Shown here: piece after piece, positions 12,632 through 25,330 of the stretch
How the letters are laid out: each line of letters opens with the position of its first letter
Numbering within the stretch: position 1 is the stretch's first letter
Assembly: GCA_951406725.2 (NCBI GenBank)
Contig: OX597827.1
Span: 71,300,001-71,364,000, forward strand
DNA: 64,000 nt
Reading direction: 5' to 3'
Source of the DNA: Octopus vulgaris
Lineage: Eukaryota
Notes under the pieces: generated by a model
What the model saw: only the letters and a program-made list of their open reading frames with translations
What the model was told of the DNA's origin: nothing
Databases searched by the model: none
Position numbers and translations under genes: made by a program

Positions 12632-13982
12632 CTGTAAGGAGGTAAAGAGATATGCAGATAATATAAGTGAATGACCAACAGTGGATGTTTGTGTAGAAAC
12701 TTCTTCACCGTTTAACCATGCAGATGGTGAAGAAGATGGTTTTAAATTCATGAAATCCACGTTTTGAGCTTACTACACAGCACTTTGCGCTTTCAAACAT
12801 AACTCTGGGTCAACCAGGATACAAGACATTCTGGCGCCACCTATTTGATATTGCTGATTCAATGCTGACTTATATTCTTTTCTACTCTAGGCACAAGGCC
12901 CCGAAATATTTGGGAAGGAGGCCAGTCGATTAGATCGACCCCCAGTACACAATTGGTACTTAATTTATTGACCACCGAAAGAATGAAAGGCAAAGTCGAC
13001 CTTGGTGGAATTTGAACGTAAAGACAGACAAAATACTGCTAAGCATTTCACCCAGAGTGCTAATGCTTCTGCCAGTTGGCTGCCCTAACGCTGACTTATG
13101 TGAATATATTTCTCTTTATGTGTATGAGAAGAAGACAAGTGTAATACAATAAATTGTAATCTCTCTTTCTCTCTATGGGAAGGACACCAGTCGATTAAAT
13201 CGACCCCAGTATGCAACTGGTACTTAATTTATCAACCCTGAAAGGATGAAAGGCAAAATAGACCTTGGCAGAATTTGAACTCAGAATGTAAAGACAGACA
13301 AAATACTGCTAAGCATTTTGCCCGGTGTGCTAACATTTCTGCCACCTCACTGCCTAAAACAGGTCAATGGCTGGACAAGTCTACTGTTGTGTTGATAGAG
13401 GCATTGTTTTAACACAACAGGTTAACAATGCCAACACACACACAATTCATTTTTAATGGTGGAATTCAAAGTAAAAAAATTTCATATTTCTCAAACGTTT
13501 TAAATTCTTATCATACACACACACTCTATAATTAAAGACAAGCTTCCTACAGTTTTTGTCGACAAATTCCACTCGGAAGGCATTGGCCAGCCCAAAACTA
13601 ACATAACCCATCTACCCACAGTACCACACAGCAGTTACAAACATGAGACCATGTGGTTGTGAAGCAAACTACTTGACCATGCAGACATGTCTACATAAAT
13701 GGTCTTGGGTTCAATCCCACTGCATGCCATCTTGAGCAAGTATTTTCTACTTCAGCCCCAGGCTGAACAAAGCCGTGTTGAGTGGATTTGGTGGATGGAA
13801 ACTGAAAGAAGCCCATCATGGGTGTGTGTGGCCGTATGGCAATTACTGCACGCACTCATTACATACTCACCTGGTTCGTTTAATTCAGCTAACATGTTGC
13901 TAACGCCACCACACTTCAAATCAGCCTTCATGGGTGTGTGTGGCTGTATGGCAATTACTGCACGCACTCATTACATACTCAC

Positions 13983-14037
13983 CTGGTTCGTTTAATTCAG
14001 CTAACATGTTGCTAACGCCACCACACTTCAAATCAGC
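13983..14037 (-). CDS. SLF2: SLF2-like exon 8 (ADLKCGGVSNMLAELNEP)
   Basis: TTCAATTCCAG acceptor, AG|GTGAGT donor, 55 nt, phase 0 to 1; tandemly duplicated (see findings). Confidence 0.85.
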
Positions 14038-14207
14038 CTGGAATTGAAATAAAGACGTTGGTGAATGGTGGTGGTCGTATGTGGAGACATACTAGTGACA
14101 TAAAAGGAGTGTGACAAGGATTAGTGCAAAACCATGCATATTCAGGGTAAAAATTTTTAATACATCACTATTGGTACTCCATCGGTTACAACAACGAGGG
14201 TTCCAGT

Positions 14208-14590
14208 TAATAATAATGAAATTATTGTATACAGTGCTCAGGTGCACCACAACTTGTCAAAAGTGCATATAAAGTATATGCAGTAATGTACAAATGTCTG
14301 GAAAGTGAACAATGTATGAGTCAGATACATGCTTTTGTGTGTATGGAGGGGAGAAAATCAGGTGTAGTGTTGGCGAATCTCAGAAAGCATGGAAGTTTTG
14401 AAGGATGCAATGCTCCGACAACTAACAACTGATGCCGGCAGTTTGTTCCATGCTTCAGCAACTCTCAGCGTGAAAAAATGTTTCCTAAAGTCATGGGAGC
14501 TGTGCTGTTTTCTGACTTTGTAAATATGTCCATGGGTGTTAGATGGGTGGAGTTCGAAAAGATGCTCAGAGTTATTGTTTGTAAGATGGT
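14208..14590 (-). mobile_element. 3' fragment of a CR1/L2-group LINE inserted into an older SINE-like repeat
   Basis: Encodes RKHFFTLRVAEAWNKLPASVV..SFK (CR1-type ORF2 C-terminus) and ends in an (ATT)n-like tail; host rejoins as TTCCAGTT|GATCC, as in the intact copy near 38770. Confidence 0.8.
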
Positions 14591-15988
14591 TGATCCGCTC
14601 AACAGAACAGCCTGCTTGTGAAATTAACATGCAAGTGGCTGAGCACTCCACAGACATATATACCCTTAACATAGTCCTCAAGGAGATATGACATGACACA
14701 GAATGTGACATGGTCCTTTGAAAAATACAGGCACAACTCAATTTTTGATAGCTGAGTAGACTGGAGCAATATGAAATAAAGTGTCTTGCTCAAGGAAACA
14801 AAGCATCACTAGGAGTCGAACCCACAACCTTACGGTCATGAGCTGAATACCCTAACCAGGAAGGCACATGCCTTCATTTTAGTACAAACGATGATGATGA
14901 TTACTCTGTCTAATGTAATGCTTGTTTATTCACATTGCTTTGAATTGACTCACAGATTATCTTTCTGTGTTGAGATTTCAATGATGTGCTTGTTTATTTT
15001 TAGTATGACATTGCAGGGTAAGTGTGAGATGTGGAATATGGCCAGTCTGTACATAAAACAAGTATAATAATTGAGCTGGATATGGCCAGTTTAAATGATA
15101 AAGAGTTAAAGAATGTAATATTTAAAGTAATCTTTGAATATTACATAAGTCAATTTTTATTTTATTCATGCGCCCTTTTCAAGGCTTGCCAGGCTCATGG
15201 GCCCGGTTTCCCAGTTTCTGCGGCGCATGTGTTCTCCCCAGCTGGACAAGATGCCAGTCCATTGAAGCATTGCTCAAGAAACAGAAAGAAAGAGTGAGAG
15301 AAAGTTGGGGTGAAAGAGTACAACAGGGGTCGCCACCACCCCCTGCCGGAGCCTCGCAGAGCTTTTAGGTGTTTTTGCTCAATAAACACACACAATGCAC
15401 GGTCTGGAATCAAAACCACTATCCTCTGACCGCGAGTCTGCTGCCCTAACCACTGGGCCATTGCACCTCCACATAAGTCAATAAGTTATTAAAATGATAT
15501 TTAAGTAAATAATAGTATTATGGAGTCAGGCTCGGTAGAAGATACTGTTTGGATTAAAATTAGCCTAAAAGTAGTGAGCACGAGGGACAAAATTAGCTTA
15601 TGCAAGGCACAACTTTGCATATAAGTCCCAGAGTGATTTTTTTGAAACATTTTGGGGGAAAAATGTGCATCGTATATGCCATCAAATACAGGAGTTACTT
15701 TAATAAATGTCTGTATTGTTAACAATTTTAAAAATTAAATGAAAGAAAAAACAGTATATTTCATAAGAAATCCATAAGTTATGGTGATGGAAATGGTTGA
15801 TACAATGGTAGCAGAGACATGAGAGAAAGAGGAGTGGGGGGGATGTAATGTGAAGAGAGTAAAGAAAATGGAGAGAGGGGGAGATGAAGAAGGGCAGAAG
15901 GAAAAGAAGGATAGACATAGAGAGAAAAGAGGTGGTGGGAGAAGATGATGAAAAAAAATAGAGAGGGTGAGAAAAGGGAGATGCAAAC

Positions 15989-16021
15989 CTGAAGCTCTCT
16001 GTTCATCCTGTCCAGCTCATC
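15989..16021 (-). CDS. SLF2: SLF2-like exon 7 (DELDRMNRELQ)
   Basis: CTCATTTTATTAG acceptor, AG|GTTTGC donor, 33 nt; resembles the coiled-coil segment of SLF2 as recalled. Confidence 0.78.
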
Positions 16022-16212
16022 CTAATAAAATGAGAAAGGTGAGATTCTTAATTAGAATGTCTGGTGAGCGAAATAAGACATGTAAACAATGTTTAAGATG
16101 ATACATAGCATCATCATCGTCATCATTAATATCTACATTTCCATGCTTACATGAATCGGACAGAAATCATAAAGGTAGATTTTTCTATGGCCACAACTAT
16201 ATGGTAATTTAC

Positions 16213-16302
16213 CTGCTGAATCTTGTCTGCAACCAGCACATCTAATGTGAGGGTTATCTTGCTCTTTGGTTTCACATCTAGCCGCACCCCACTGTCCTTC
16301 AG
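16213..16302 (-). CDS. SLF2: SLF2-like exon 6 (LKDSGVRL...TLDVLVADKIQQ)
   Basis: TTTGTTTGCAG acceptor, AG|GTAAAT donor, 90 nt, phase 0 to 0. Confidence 0.85.
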
Positions 16303-16685
16303 CTGCAAACAAAGAAAAGAAAAAATATATATATAAAACAAAACATTATATACACGTATTGCCATCACTGCTTTAGCATTCACTTTCCCATGCTTGGGAA
16401 ATGAGGGGGCGAAACAACACCTTATTCTGTAATATACATGGCACCAAGCCAAACTGCAAAACACACCACACTCCACTGTACTGTAACACAACATGTCACA
16501 ACAAAAACAGCTCCCCATATAACACTAAAATACACGATACACCACCCTGACATATCACATACAGTATTCCATGCCACATTTTAAAACACACACACACACA
16601 CATACATGCCAAATTAATCTGAGCAAAACCTATTCTATAAAACACAAAATGTGCAGAATTCCATAGCAAAGTAATAAATACATAC

Positions 16686-16716
16686 CTCACATTTATCCAA
16701 CCGAGACTGTAACATC
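16686..16716 (-). CDS. SLF2: SLF2-like exon 5 (MLQSRLDKCE)
   Basis: TCTCATTTCAG acceptor, AG|GTATGT donor, 31 nt; supplies the phase 2 to 0 change needed between exons 4 and 6. Confidence 0.78.
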
Positions 16717-17293
16717 CTGAAATGAGACAAGCACAAAGAAAGCCTTGAATGTACATATAACTATTATATATATTATATATGCATATGAATTATATATATG
16801 CATGTGTGTATGTATATATATATATATATGTGCGTGTATGTGTGTGTATATATAAATTTATATATATATGTGTGTGTGTGTGTATTGATATATGTTTGTA
16901 GCCCACATTTGACATTTAACAACTGTCTGACATTTGAAAACAAAAGTCTTGTATGGTTTAATGGTTTTAAACCAGTCATAAGCAAATTGCAGTGTGCAAG
17001 CCACTTGCAACCCATGGGACTTTCTGAATGGCATGCCTAATTTTTATGAGGAAAATATATTTATGTAAATATTTTAGCAGTGCAGCCTGCTTGGTGATAA
17101 GATATATCTAATGCAGCTTGCTTCTCAAAAAATATAGCCCATGCCTGGGAATGAAGCAGAAATGGTAGCATGGTGATGCTAATGTCCTTTGGCTTTGGTT
17201 TTTCAACAAAAGAGCCCTTATGTGGTCAGACAACCAGCTTGAAATAGCAACTGGTATAGGTGATTAAATTGCATCAGATCCCAAACTGGCACA

Positions 17294-17320
17294 TCTCTAT
17301 ATATATATAAACTGCATAAT

Positions 17321-17368
<48 letters not shown>

Positions 17369-17960
17369 TGTGTACAGTGCCCAGGTGCACTACAACTCCA
17401 TCTAAAGTGTATATATAATCAGGTGTAGTTTCGGCGGATTTCGGAAAGCATGAGGGCCTTAAAGGATGCAGTGTCATGGCAGTCAACAACTGACGCAGGC
17501 AGTTTATTCCATGCTTCAGCAACTCTGAGCGTGAAAAAATGTTTCCGAAAGTCATAGGAGCTGTGTTGTTTTCTGACTTTGTAGGCATGTCCACGTGTGT
17601 TAGACACATGGAGATCAAAAAGGTGTGTATGTCCTTTATACAAATCCACAATTTTTCAGTTAGAGGGCTCGCACTTTCTATGGTCATTCAAAACCGTCCA
17701 AGGGTGGTCGTGCACATCTTTACATTTCTCCAGTCACCCCGCAAAGCCATTAAAAAAATCAATAGAAGTGACTTTTTTGTGAATTTTCTATCCAAAACCC
17801 AATCAAAATGCCCGAAACTTGATACGCCAATTGAATGCCAGCTAGCTGTATGTGATTGGTCGGAGATTTGGACAGTACTCGTGTGTATATGCACACGCAC
17901 GAAGCTCTGTATATGCATGCACTAGCACTATGACCCGGCGTTGCTGGGTCATAGTGCTAG
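17294..17960 (+). mobile_element. Non-autonomous Helitron containing a CR1-type LINE 3' fragment
   Basis: A|TC start with TATATATAAA leader, 3' hairpin and CTAG|T end; internal 17318-17610 is the antisense LINE end with (AAT)n. Confidence 0.7.
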
Positions 17961-18626
17961 TCAGAAGGATAAAAGACAAAATGAACTCCTGTAGGATTTG
18001 AACTTGAACTCTACCATCCAACAAATTCTGACATCATCAGCATTTAATTAATGTCCACTCTTACATGCTTGCATGAAAGAGATGGAATTTGTCTGGGCAA
18101 ACAATCCTCTAAAGCTGGATACCCTTCTGTCACCAACCCTTATATGTCTCCAAGCAAGGTGATATTTCACATGGCCAGGCATATTTCTGCAGAAGATTGG
18201 AAACAAACAACCCCACTTGTATGATGGTGATGCTTGTTTACAACCATCATGTGATGTCAAGACAAGGCTATACTCACAAATTATACACACACATGCTTCT
18301 TTCAGTTTCTACCTACCAAATCCATTCATAAAGGTTTGGTTGGGCAACTTGGGGCTGTAGTCGAATACACTTGCCCAAGGTGCCATATAGCGGGACTGAA
18401 CCAGAGATCACATGGTTAAGAGAATGAGGTAGATTTTAAACAAGGCCATGCTTACACCTATCATTTCACTATTTTTTTATCTTTTTGCAAAGGAATTTAT
18501 TCATACCTTGACTGATACCAGAAGGATCAAAGGTCAAAGGTTAGTAAAAAAAAATAAAAATAAAAATAAAGATAAGTAACAAATATCAAGACACCACACT
18601 GTGTAATCTGATTGTGTAAAACTTAC

Positions 18627-18675
18627 CCACTGTCATCAGATACTGATAAATCTGAGCTGTCTCGGGAGTGATCAT
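18627..18675 (-). CDS. SLF2: SLF2-like exon 4 (DDHSRDSSDLSVSDDSG)
   Basis: TCTCTCCTCCAG acceptor, G|GTAAGT donor, 49 nt, phase 1 to 2. Confidence 0.8.
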
Positions 18676-19733
18676 CTGGAGGAGAGAAATGAAGAAGCTT
18701 TTAAGACAGAGGTAACCATAGCTACATAAGGGGAGGAATTCAGAGACGGACTTCAAGGTTAGGAAAACGAAAAAAGAATTTGGGAGTGCATAGAATTGTT
18801 ATTTTTGGGTACTTAAAATCCTTTTATTACAATATTTTTAACTAAAATATGTTTTAATGACTGTATTTTGATAGGCACAAGACCTAAAATATTGAAAGAC
18901 GAGGAGGGTCAATTACTTTGAAAATGGTACTTAACTTTTGTTAAGTACAGCTCTGCTTGTTGATCACAGCTGTTCGGTTTTAAAAAAAACAGAAAGCGGC
19001 ATGTTAAACGAATTAGTGATAAATGAATCACAGAACACAAAGGTAAAATAGGTTTCATTCTGTGACCCCAAGTTGTCCCCCTGACTCACCCAAAATAACA
19101 CCTCACAAGCAGTTTAAGCACATTCGATGATATTGTTTCACATCTTGGAAAAATATTTAGAAAAACATTTAATAGGGGCAGGAGTGGCTGTGTGGTAAGA
19201 AGCTTGCATACCAACAACATGGTTTCGGGTTCAGTCCCACTGCGTAGCACCTTGGGCGAGTGTCTTCTACTATGGCCTCAGGCCAACCAAAGTTTTGTAA
19301 GTGGATTCGGTAGACAGAAACTGAAAGAAGCCCATCGTATATATGTATATATATGTATGTGTGTATATATGTTTGTGTATCTGTGTTTGACTCCAACATC
19401 GCTTGACAACCGATGGTGATGTGTTTATGTCCTCGTAACTTAGCGGTTCGGCAAGAAAGACCGATAGAATAAGTACTAGGCTTACAATGAACAAGTCCTG
19501 GTGTCGATTTGCTCGACTATAGGTGGTGCCCCAGCATGGCCTCAGTCAAATGATGGAAACAAGTAAAAGAGTAAAGAGTAACATATGATCAGTAAATAAA
19601 AAAAAAGAAAAAAGAAAAATAACAGAAAAATATCACAAACAGAATCTTGAATTGATCACCAGCTCATATTTATCATGGATCAAAGTATCTTAAACTTAAC
19701 ATGGTTCAAAATTGAGTGTACCATGTAATCCCA

Positions 19734-19825
19734 GATCAGTGATGAATGAATCAGTGATGAATGAATCAGTGATGAATGAATCAGTGATAAATGAATCAGT
19801 GATAAATGAATCAGTGATAAATGAA
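19734..19825. repeat. 15-bp minisatellite (ATCAGTGATRAATGA) x6
   Basis: Direct inspection: three G-variant units followed by three A-variant units. Confidence 0.95.
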
Positions 19826-19876
19826 GAGAGGTGTATACTAAATGGGGGGTGTATACAACAAGTAAATAATATTCAC

Positions 19877-20038
19877 CTTCAGTGGATTTTTTATTTCGGG
19901 ATTTTAAGGAGTTGCTGGCCATTGTCGGACTGTTGCTAGTGGTGGTGACGGACTGTGAGAGAGTTGGTATTGCATGTGTAGACAGGTCGCTTGATGTTAC
20001 TGTAGAGGAGAAGAGAACAGAGGCATTCATCATCCTAG
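19877..20038 (-). CDS. SLF2: SLF2-like exon 3 (Ser/Thr-rich, RMMNASV...NKKSTE)
   Basis: TATACAG acceptor, AG|GTGAAT donor, 162 nt, phase 1 to 1, open frame. Confidence 0.75.
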
Positions 20039-21483
20039 CTGTATAATAAACAACTAACAATACAAACAATAAAAGTAAACTGAAGGATTAAACAAGCATT
20101 GGCTCCTAGGTTGTTTAAGATATTTACAAGTAGAACTAGTGGTTAACCCTCCTTACTCCATAGGGAGCACAGGGATGGTACCCGTAACTTAGCGGTTCAG
20201 CATGACAGACCGATAGAATAAGTACTAGGCTTACAAAGAATAAGTCCTGGGGTCGATTTGCTTGACTAAAGGTGGTGCTCCAGCTTGGCCACAGTCAAAT
20301 GACTGAAACAAGTAAAATAGTAAAAATGAAGAAACAGTACTGTATATATTTTTTTTTTTATTTTTATAATTTGTATATATTTATTTTATTATAAATGCAA
20401 AACAACACCACGAGGGAAACGACATAAGCTTAAATAATAAACCGCAATAGGTGAACCGCGATATGGTAAAGGGTTACTGTACTCATTTTTACCAGCTGAG
20501 AAGACTGGAGTGATATCAAATGCAGTGTTTTCCTCAAGAACACAATGCACTGCACAGTCCAGAAACCGAAACCACTAGTAGCATAGTAATGAACTAGTAT
20601 TACTACTGATAAATTACAAAAATACATCAACATCAGCAATATCAAAATCAAATCGAATGGAAATTTAGTTGTGAGCCCTGTGCCGGTAGCACATAAAAAG
20701 CACCATCCGAATGTGGCCGATGCCAGTGCCGCCCTGACTCTCTTCCATGCCGGTGGCACGTAAAAAGCACCATCCGATCGTGGTCGATGCCAGCTCCTCT
20801 GGCTCCTTGTGCCGGTGGCACATAAAAAGCACCCACTACACACTCGGAGTGGTTGGCGCTAGGAAGGGCATCCAGTTGTAGAAACACTACCAGATCAGAT
20901 TGGGGTCTGGTGCAGCCTCCTGGCTTCCCAGACCCTAGTTGAACTGTCCAACCCATGCCAGCATGGAAAAATGGACGTTAAACAATGATGATGGCAATGA
21001 TGATAACAACAGGTTATGATTAATTATCTTAATTATTTAAACACAGAACATGAATTATTGGTATTTTTTTTAAATTAAAGGCAAAGAGTATGTCTGAGGT
21101 GAAAAAAACGTTTATTTTCTTACCTATATAAGTTATTCAAATGTCACAAATTCAGCAACAACCACCAGGTATTAAAACTGCTTACATGCAATTATGGTGT
21201 ATTAATCATGAACAAATTCTTAGAGTTTGTCCAACCTCTCTATGTATTGTTGTTTTCTCTCTTGTAAGAATGTAGTCTTTGAAACGTCAAGAATTATTAA
21301 CACTAGGTATTTTAGGGACTGACTATGTTTACAACCTCAGCTAAAGGCATCTTGAAACAAAGAAAATAAACATAAAACTAATGAGAAACCAAACAAGGAA
21401 TTGGAAAACGATGTCAAACAGCAGAAGTAAAATAGCATTTGAGTACCATTATGAATAAGAAAAGCTTAGGAAAAGTTAATTAA

Positions 21484-22134
21484 TCTTTATATATATAAAA
21501 CTGAGAATGTGTGTGTGTCTGTCTGTGTGTGTGTTTCCCTAAAACTTGAGAACTACACAACCAATTTCATTCAAATTTTACACATGCCTTACTTAGGGTC
21601 TGGGGAGTGTCATCGGCAAAAAATTTTTTTTAACTTTTTGCCTAGGGCGAGCCCACAGCAATATCATATCTTCTCCACTACGATTCCCTAAAACTTGAGA
21701 ACTACACAACCAATTTCATTCAAATTTTACACACGCCTTACTTAGGGTCCATGTAGTTTCATGGACAAAAAAAAAAAAGTTCAACTTCTCGCCTAGAGCG
21801 AGCCCATAGCAATATCATATCTTCTCCACTATTTCAGTATTACGTATTAAAAGTGAAACAAAAACATTTCTCTATTTTATATCAGATACTTTCCCTTTAA
21901 CAATAAAAATAATAATAACAATTGAATTATATGTAGTAAGTAATAATTAAAATCAAACTAAAGTATAATATTATCGTAACATAACAAAAGTAAAAATATA
22001 GCAATTGGTATAAAATTGCATCAATGACTTGAACTTGAATCAGTGGTTTCACATGAATGGGAATAAATAAAAAATAAAATTAGTGTGCAGAAATGGAATA
22101 GTCCAGATGGAGGTGTGCACGGCTTTTAAATTAG
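21484..22134 (+). mobile_element. Helitron-like element with an internal tandem duplication of about 149 bp
   Basis: A|TCTTTATATATATAAAA start and GT-rich microsatellite; TTCCCTAAAACTTGAGAACTAC... repeated at about 21535 and 21684. The 3' end is uncertain. Confidence 0.6.
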
Positions 22135-22135
22135 A

Positions 22136-22520
22136 CTAGCAGTATCGCCCGGCGTTGCTCAGGTTTGTAAGGGAAATAACTATAAAGCATTTTTAGAGAG
22201 TTATAGCCAAAAAATAGCAACAAAAATGGAAAAAAATGATGGTAAATTTTTTTTGAGAGTGAAAAAAGGTGGAGTTGCGTCCCCTAGACAGTTTGCGGTT
22301 TGTGTTTCTGATTCTCGACCCCATGTCGAATTTATCGATTTTTTTCAGAACTGGGGGAACTTTTCAAAATTTTCGCTACGTCAGTTTTGAATTATGACAT
22401 TGGGCTATGTGTGTGTCAAGTTTCATCAGAATCGGTTGAAAGCCGTGGTCAGGGTGAGGGTACAAACAAACAGACACACAGAAACACGCACAGACAAACT
22501 GCCGTTTATATAGAGAGAGA
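22136..22520 (-). mobile_element. Non-autonomous Helitron
   Basis: Minus strand: A|TC start, 3' GCAACGCCGGGCGATACTG then CTAG|T; no target-site duplication. Confidence 0.85.
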
Positions 22521-23769
22521 TTATTTGCTAATTAGCTAGCATTAAGCATTCTACTGAGTACCGCTTTTAGTTTATTTCTGATCCATAAAGGCCTATAGCT
22601 TCAACAGAGCACTGCTTTTTGGTTTACCGTAAGGTTTGTTTTTATTATTATTTCTGTTTAACTATTGTTATCACGTTTGTTGGTTCCTCGTAAAGGAAGC
22701 GTTGTTGTGTTGCATTTGTTAAATAATTGTAAACCGTAACCCTCCCCCTTTGGGAGAAGGAGCTTTGGTTATTGTTTAAAAATTGAATTGTGTCCCTGTT
22801 TGGGGAAATTGACAATATTGAAAATACAGGTACTACTCATTTTTGCCATCTGAGTGGACAGGAGCAACACGAGAAATAAAGCACCTTGCTCAAGGACACA
22901 GTGAGCTGCTAGGAATCAAACTCACAACTTTACAATTGAGAGCTGAATACCCCTAACCACTAAGCCATAGATAGTGAGCTGGCAGAAATGTTAGCACACC
23001 AGGTGAAATGCTTAGCGGTATTTCATCTGTCTTTATGTTCTGAGTTCAAATTCCACCAAGGCCAACTTTGCCTTTCATCCTTTCGGGGTCGATAAATTAA
23101 GTACCAGTTACGCACTGGGGTCGATGCAATCGACTTAATCCGTTTGTCTGTCCTTGTTTGTCCCCTCTGTGTGTAGCCCCTTGTGGGGAGTAAAGTTACG
23201 TTCTGAGTTCAAATTCCGCCAAGGTTGACTTTGCCTTTCATCCTTTCAGGGTTGATAAATTAAGTACCAATTGCATACTAATTTACCAGTTGCATACTAA
23301 TTGATTCCCCCTGCCCAAATTTTGGGCCTAGTGCCTAGAGTAGAAGAGTAGAAAAGAAAATAGTGAACCAAGAAATTTTAGCTGAAATTAGTCAGAAGAC
23401 CGGATTAATAATTCATCTATCTTTAACAACTAACTCAGGAAAGATAGGGTAGACAATTCCAAGAATTTTAATTAATGTTAGAAATCATTAATTATAGAAA
23501 AAAGACTAGACAACAGGTGGTTATGTTAGCCATCATTATAATACAAGCAGTGCATAGTCGATGGATTTTGGAATTATCTTTACCAGTATTATTTACAGAT
23601 GAAATTATTACTGAACATAATTATTATTGTTATTATTATTATTAGTAGTAGTAGTAGTAATAGTAGCAACGGCACTAGTATTATTATAATGTCATGAGAA
23701 AAGTTAATGGTATTATCACAATAACTCACTGAAACTTATTTCAAAATGTAAGACAATAAAATCTCTCAC

Positions 23770-23813
23770 ACGGATCACGGCAAACTCGAAAATACTTCGT
23801 GATTGATTCGTGA
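23770..23813 (-). CDS. SLF2: SLF2-like exon 2 (SHESITKYFRVCRDP)
   Basis: Long pyrimidine tract then TTTCAG acceptor, donor GTGAGA; phase 2 to 1 bridges exons 1 and 3 without a stop. Confidence 0.65.
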
Positions 23814-24834
23814 CTGAAAGTTGAAAACAAGCAAAGTAAAAAAGAAAATACATTCCCTGTATTTATGAATACACAAATACACAAACACACACACACTCAA
23901 CAGAGTTGCAGCAGTCAAATCAAACTTTGCCATAATAAAAAGAAAGATAAAAATTATATTCTAATCTCATGAAAAAATGTTTGAATTTTGAAATAAATAT
24001 TGAAAAATAATAATTAAAAAAAAAAAAAATTGGAGGAAATTTCTTTGTTATGTTGTCTGGAACATAATTTAATGAAAAGTTTCCTGCATGAAAATATGAA
24101 AAGGAGGGAATGTCACATATTAGAAAGGTTAAGGGCTACAAATGACCTACCAGTATTGTTTTAACCCTTTAGCAGTTAAACCAGACACATCCAGCCCAAA
24201 TATTCTACCTGTTTTAAGTAGCTTGCTTATGAACCACATGGTACTGGGTTCAGTTCCACTGCGTGGTACCTTGGGCAAGTGTCTTCTACTATAGCCACAG
24301 GCCAACCAAAGCCTTGTGAGTGGATTTGGTAGATGAAAACTGAAAGAAGCCCGTTGTATGTATGTATGTATATATCATCATCATCATCATCGTTTAACGT
24401 CTGCTTTCCATGCTAGCATGGGTTGGACGGTTCAATTGGGGTCTGGGAAGCCCGAAGGCTGCACCAGGCCAGTCAGATCTGGCAGTGTTTCTACAGCTGG
24501 ATGCCCTTCCTAACGTCCGTTTTTCATGCTAGCATGGGTTGGACGGTTCAACTGGGGTCTGGGAAGCCAGATGGCTGCACCAGGCTCCAATCTGATCTGG
24601 CAGTGTTTCTACAGCTGGATGCCCTTCCTAATGCCAACCACTCCGTGAGTGTAGTGGGTGCTTTTTATGTGCCACCGACACAGGTGCCAGACAGTCATGC
24701 CTGCAAAGTAAAAACACAGAAACAACTGAATTCGCTTACTCACAGCCAGCTGAACGTGCAACTACTTCTAAATAATCACTTTAACTCCCAAATTGCACGC
24801 ATTTCCACTGGATCTTGTAATTCTAACTCATATG

Positions 24835-25330
24835 TTTACAACGAGATAGGAAAAATGGCCAGACAAGTTCCTGAATTTCATTAATGTCTATCAGCATGGT
24901 TTTTGTAAAGCCAGACCTACTGGAGGCCTACTCTCCAATGCCACTCCCCAATGATCATTCCTTCTCAAGAATTTTGTGTTACAACGAGATATGAAAAATG
25001 GCCAGACAAGTTCCCGGATTTCATTAATGTCAATCAGCATGGTTTTTGTAAAGCCAGACCTACTGGAGGCCTACTCTCCAATGCCACTCCCCGATGATCA
25101 CTCCTCCACAAGAATTTGGTGAAAACGCAGTTGTTGGCTCTGACGGCATTAAAACTTTCACTTGCACCTGGTACACAAACACATAGATTCTCAATTTTCA
25201 GGGAGGTTTTGCTCCAAATAAAAGAACAGTGATAAATGAATCATCTCTACTTGATTTCTAGAAAGAATGAATGGTATGACTTCAAGTTCAGTTTTGCCTT
25301 TCACTTCCTTCTTCCTCTGCTTCAACAACC
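24835..25330 (+). mobile_element. Degenerate non-LTR reverse transcriptase fragment with a tandem duplication of about 142 bp
   Basis: NQHGFCKARPTGGLL resembles the QxGFRxxRST motif, followed by a decayed FGE..VxxDxxKxF..W block; the segment occurs at about 24835 and 24978. Confidence 0.65.

Noticed and set aside
19712-19939. ORF with NESVM/NESVI repeats
   Set aside because: Product of the 15-bp minisatellite, antisense to SLF2 exon 3.
21124-21177. Candidate extra SLF2 exon with an AG|GTAAG donor
   Set aside because: Poor acceptor and stops in all three frames; exons 2 and 3 already join in phase.
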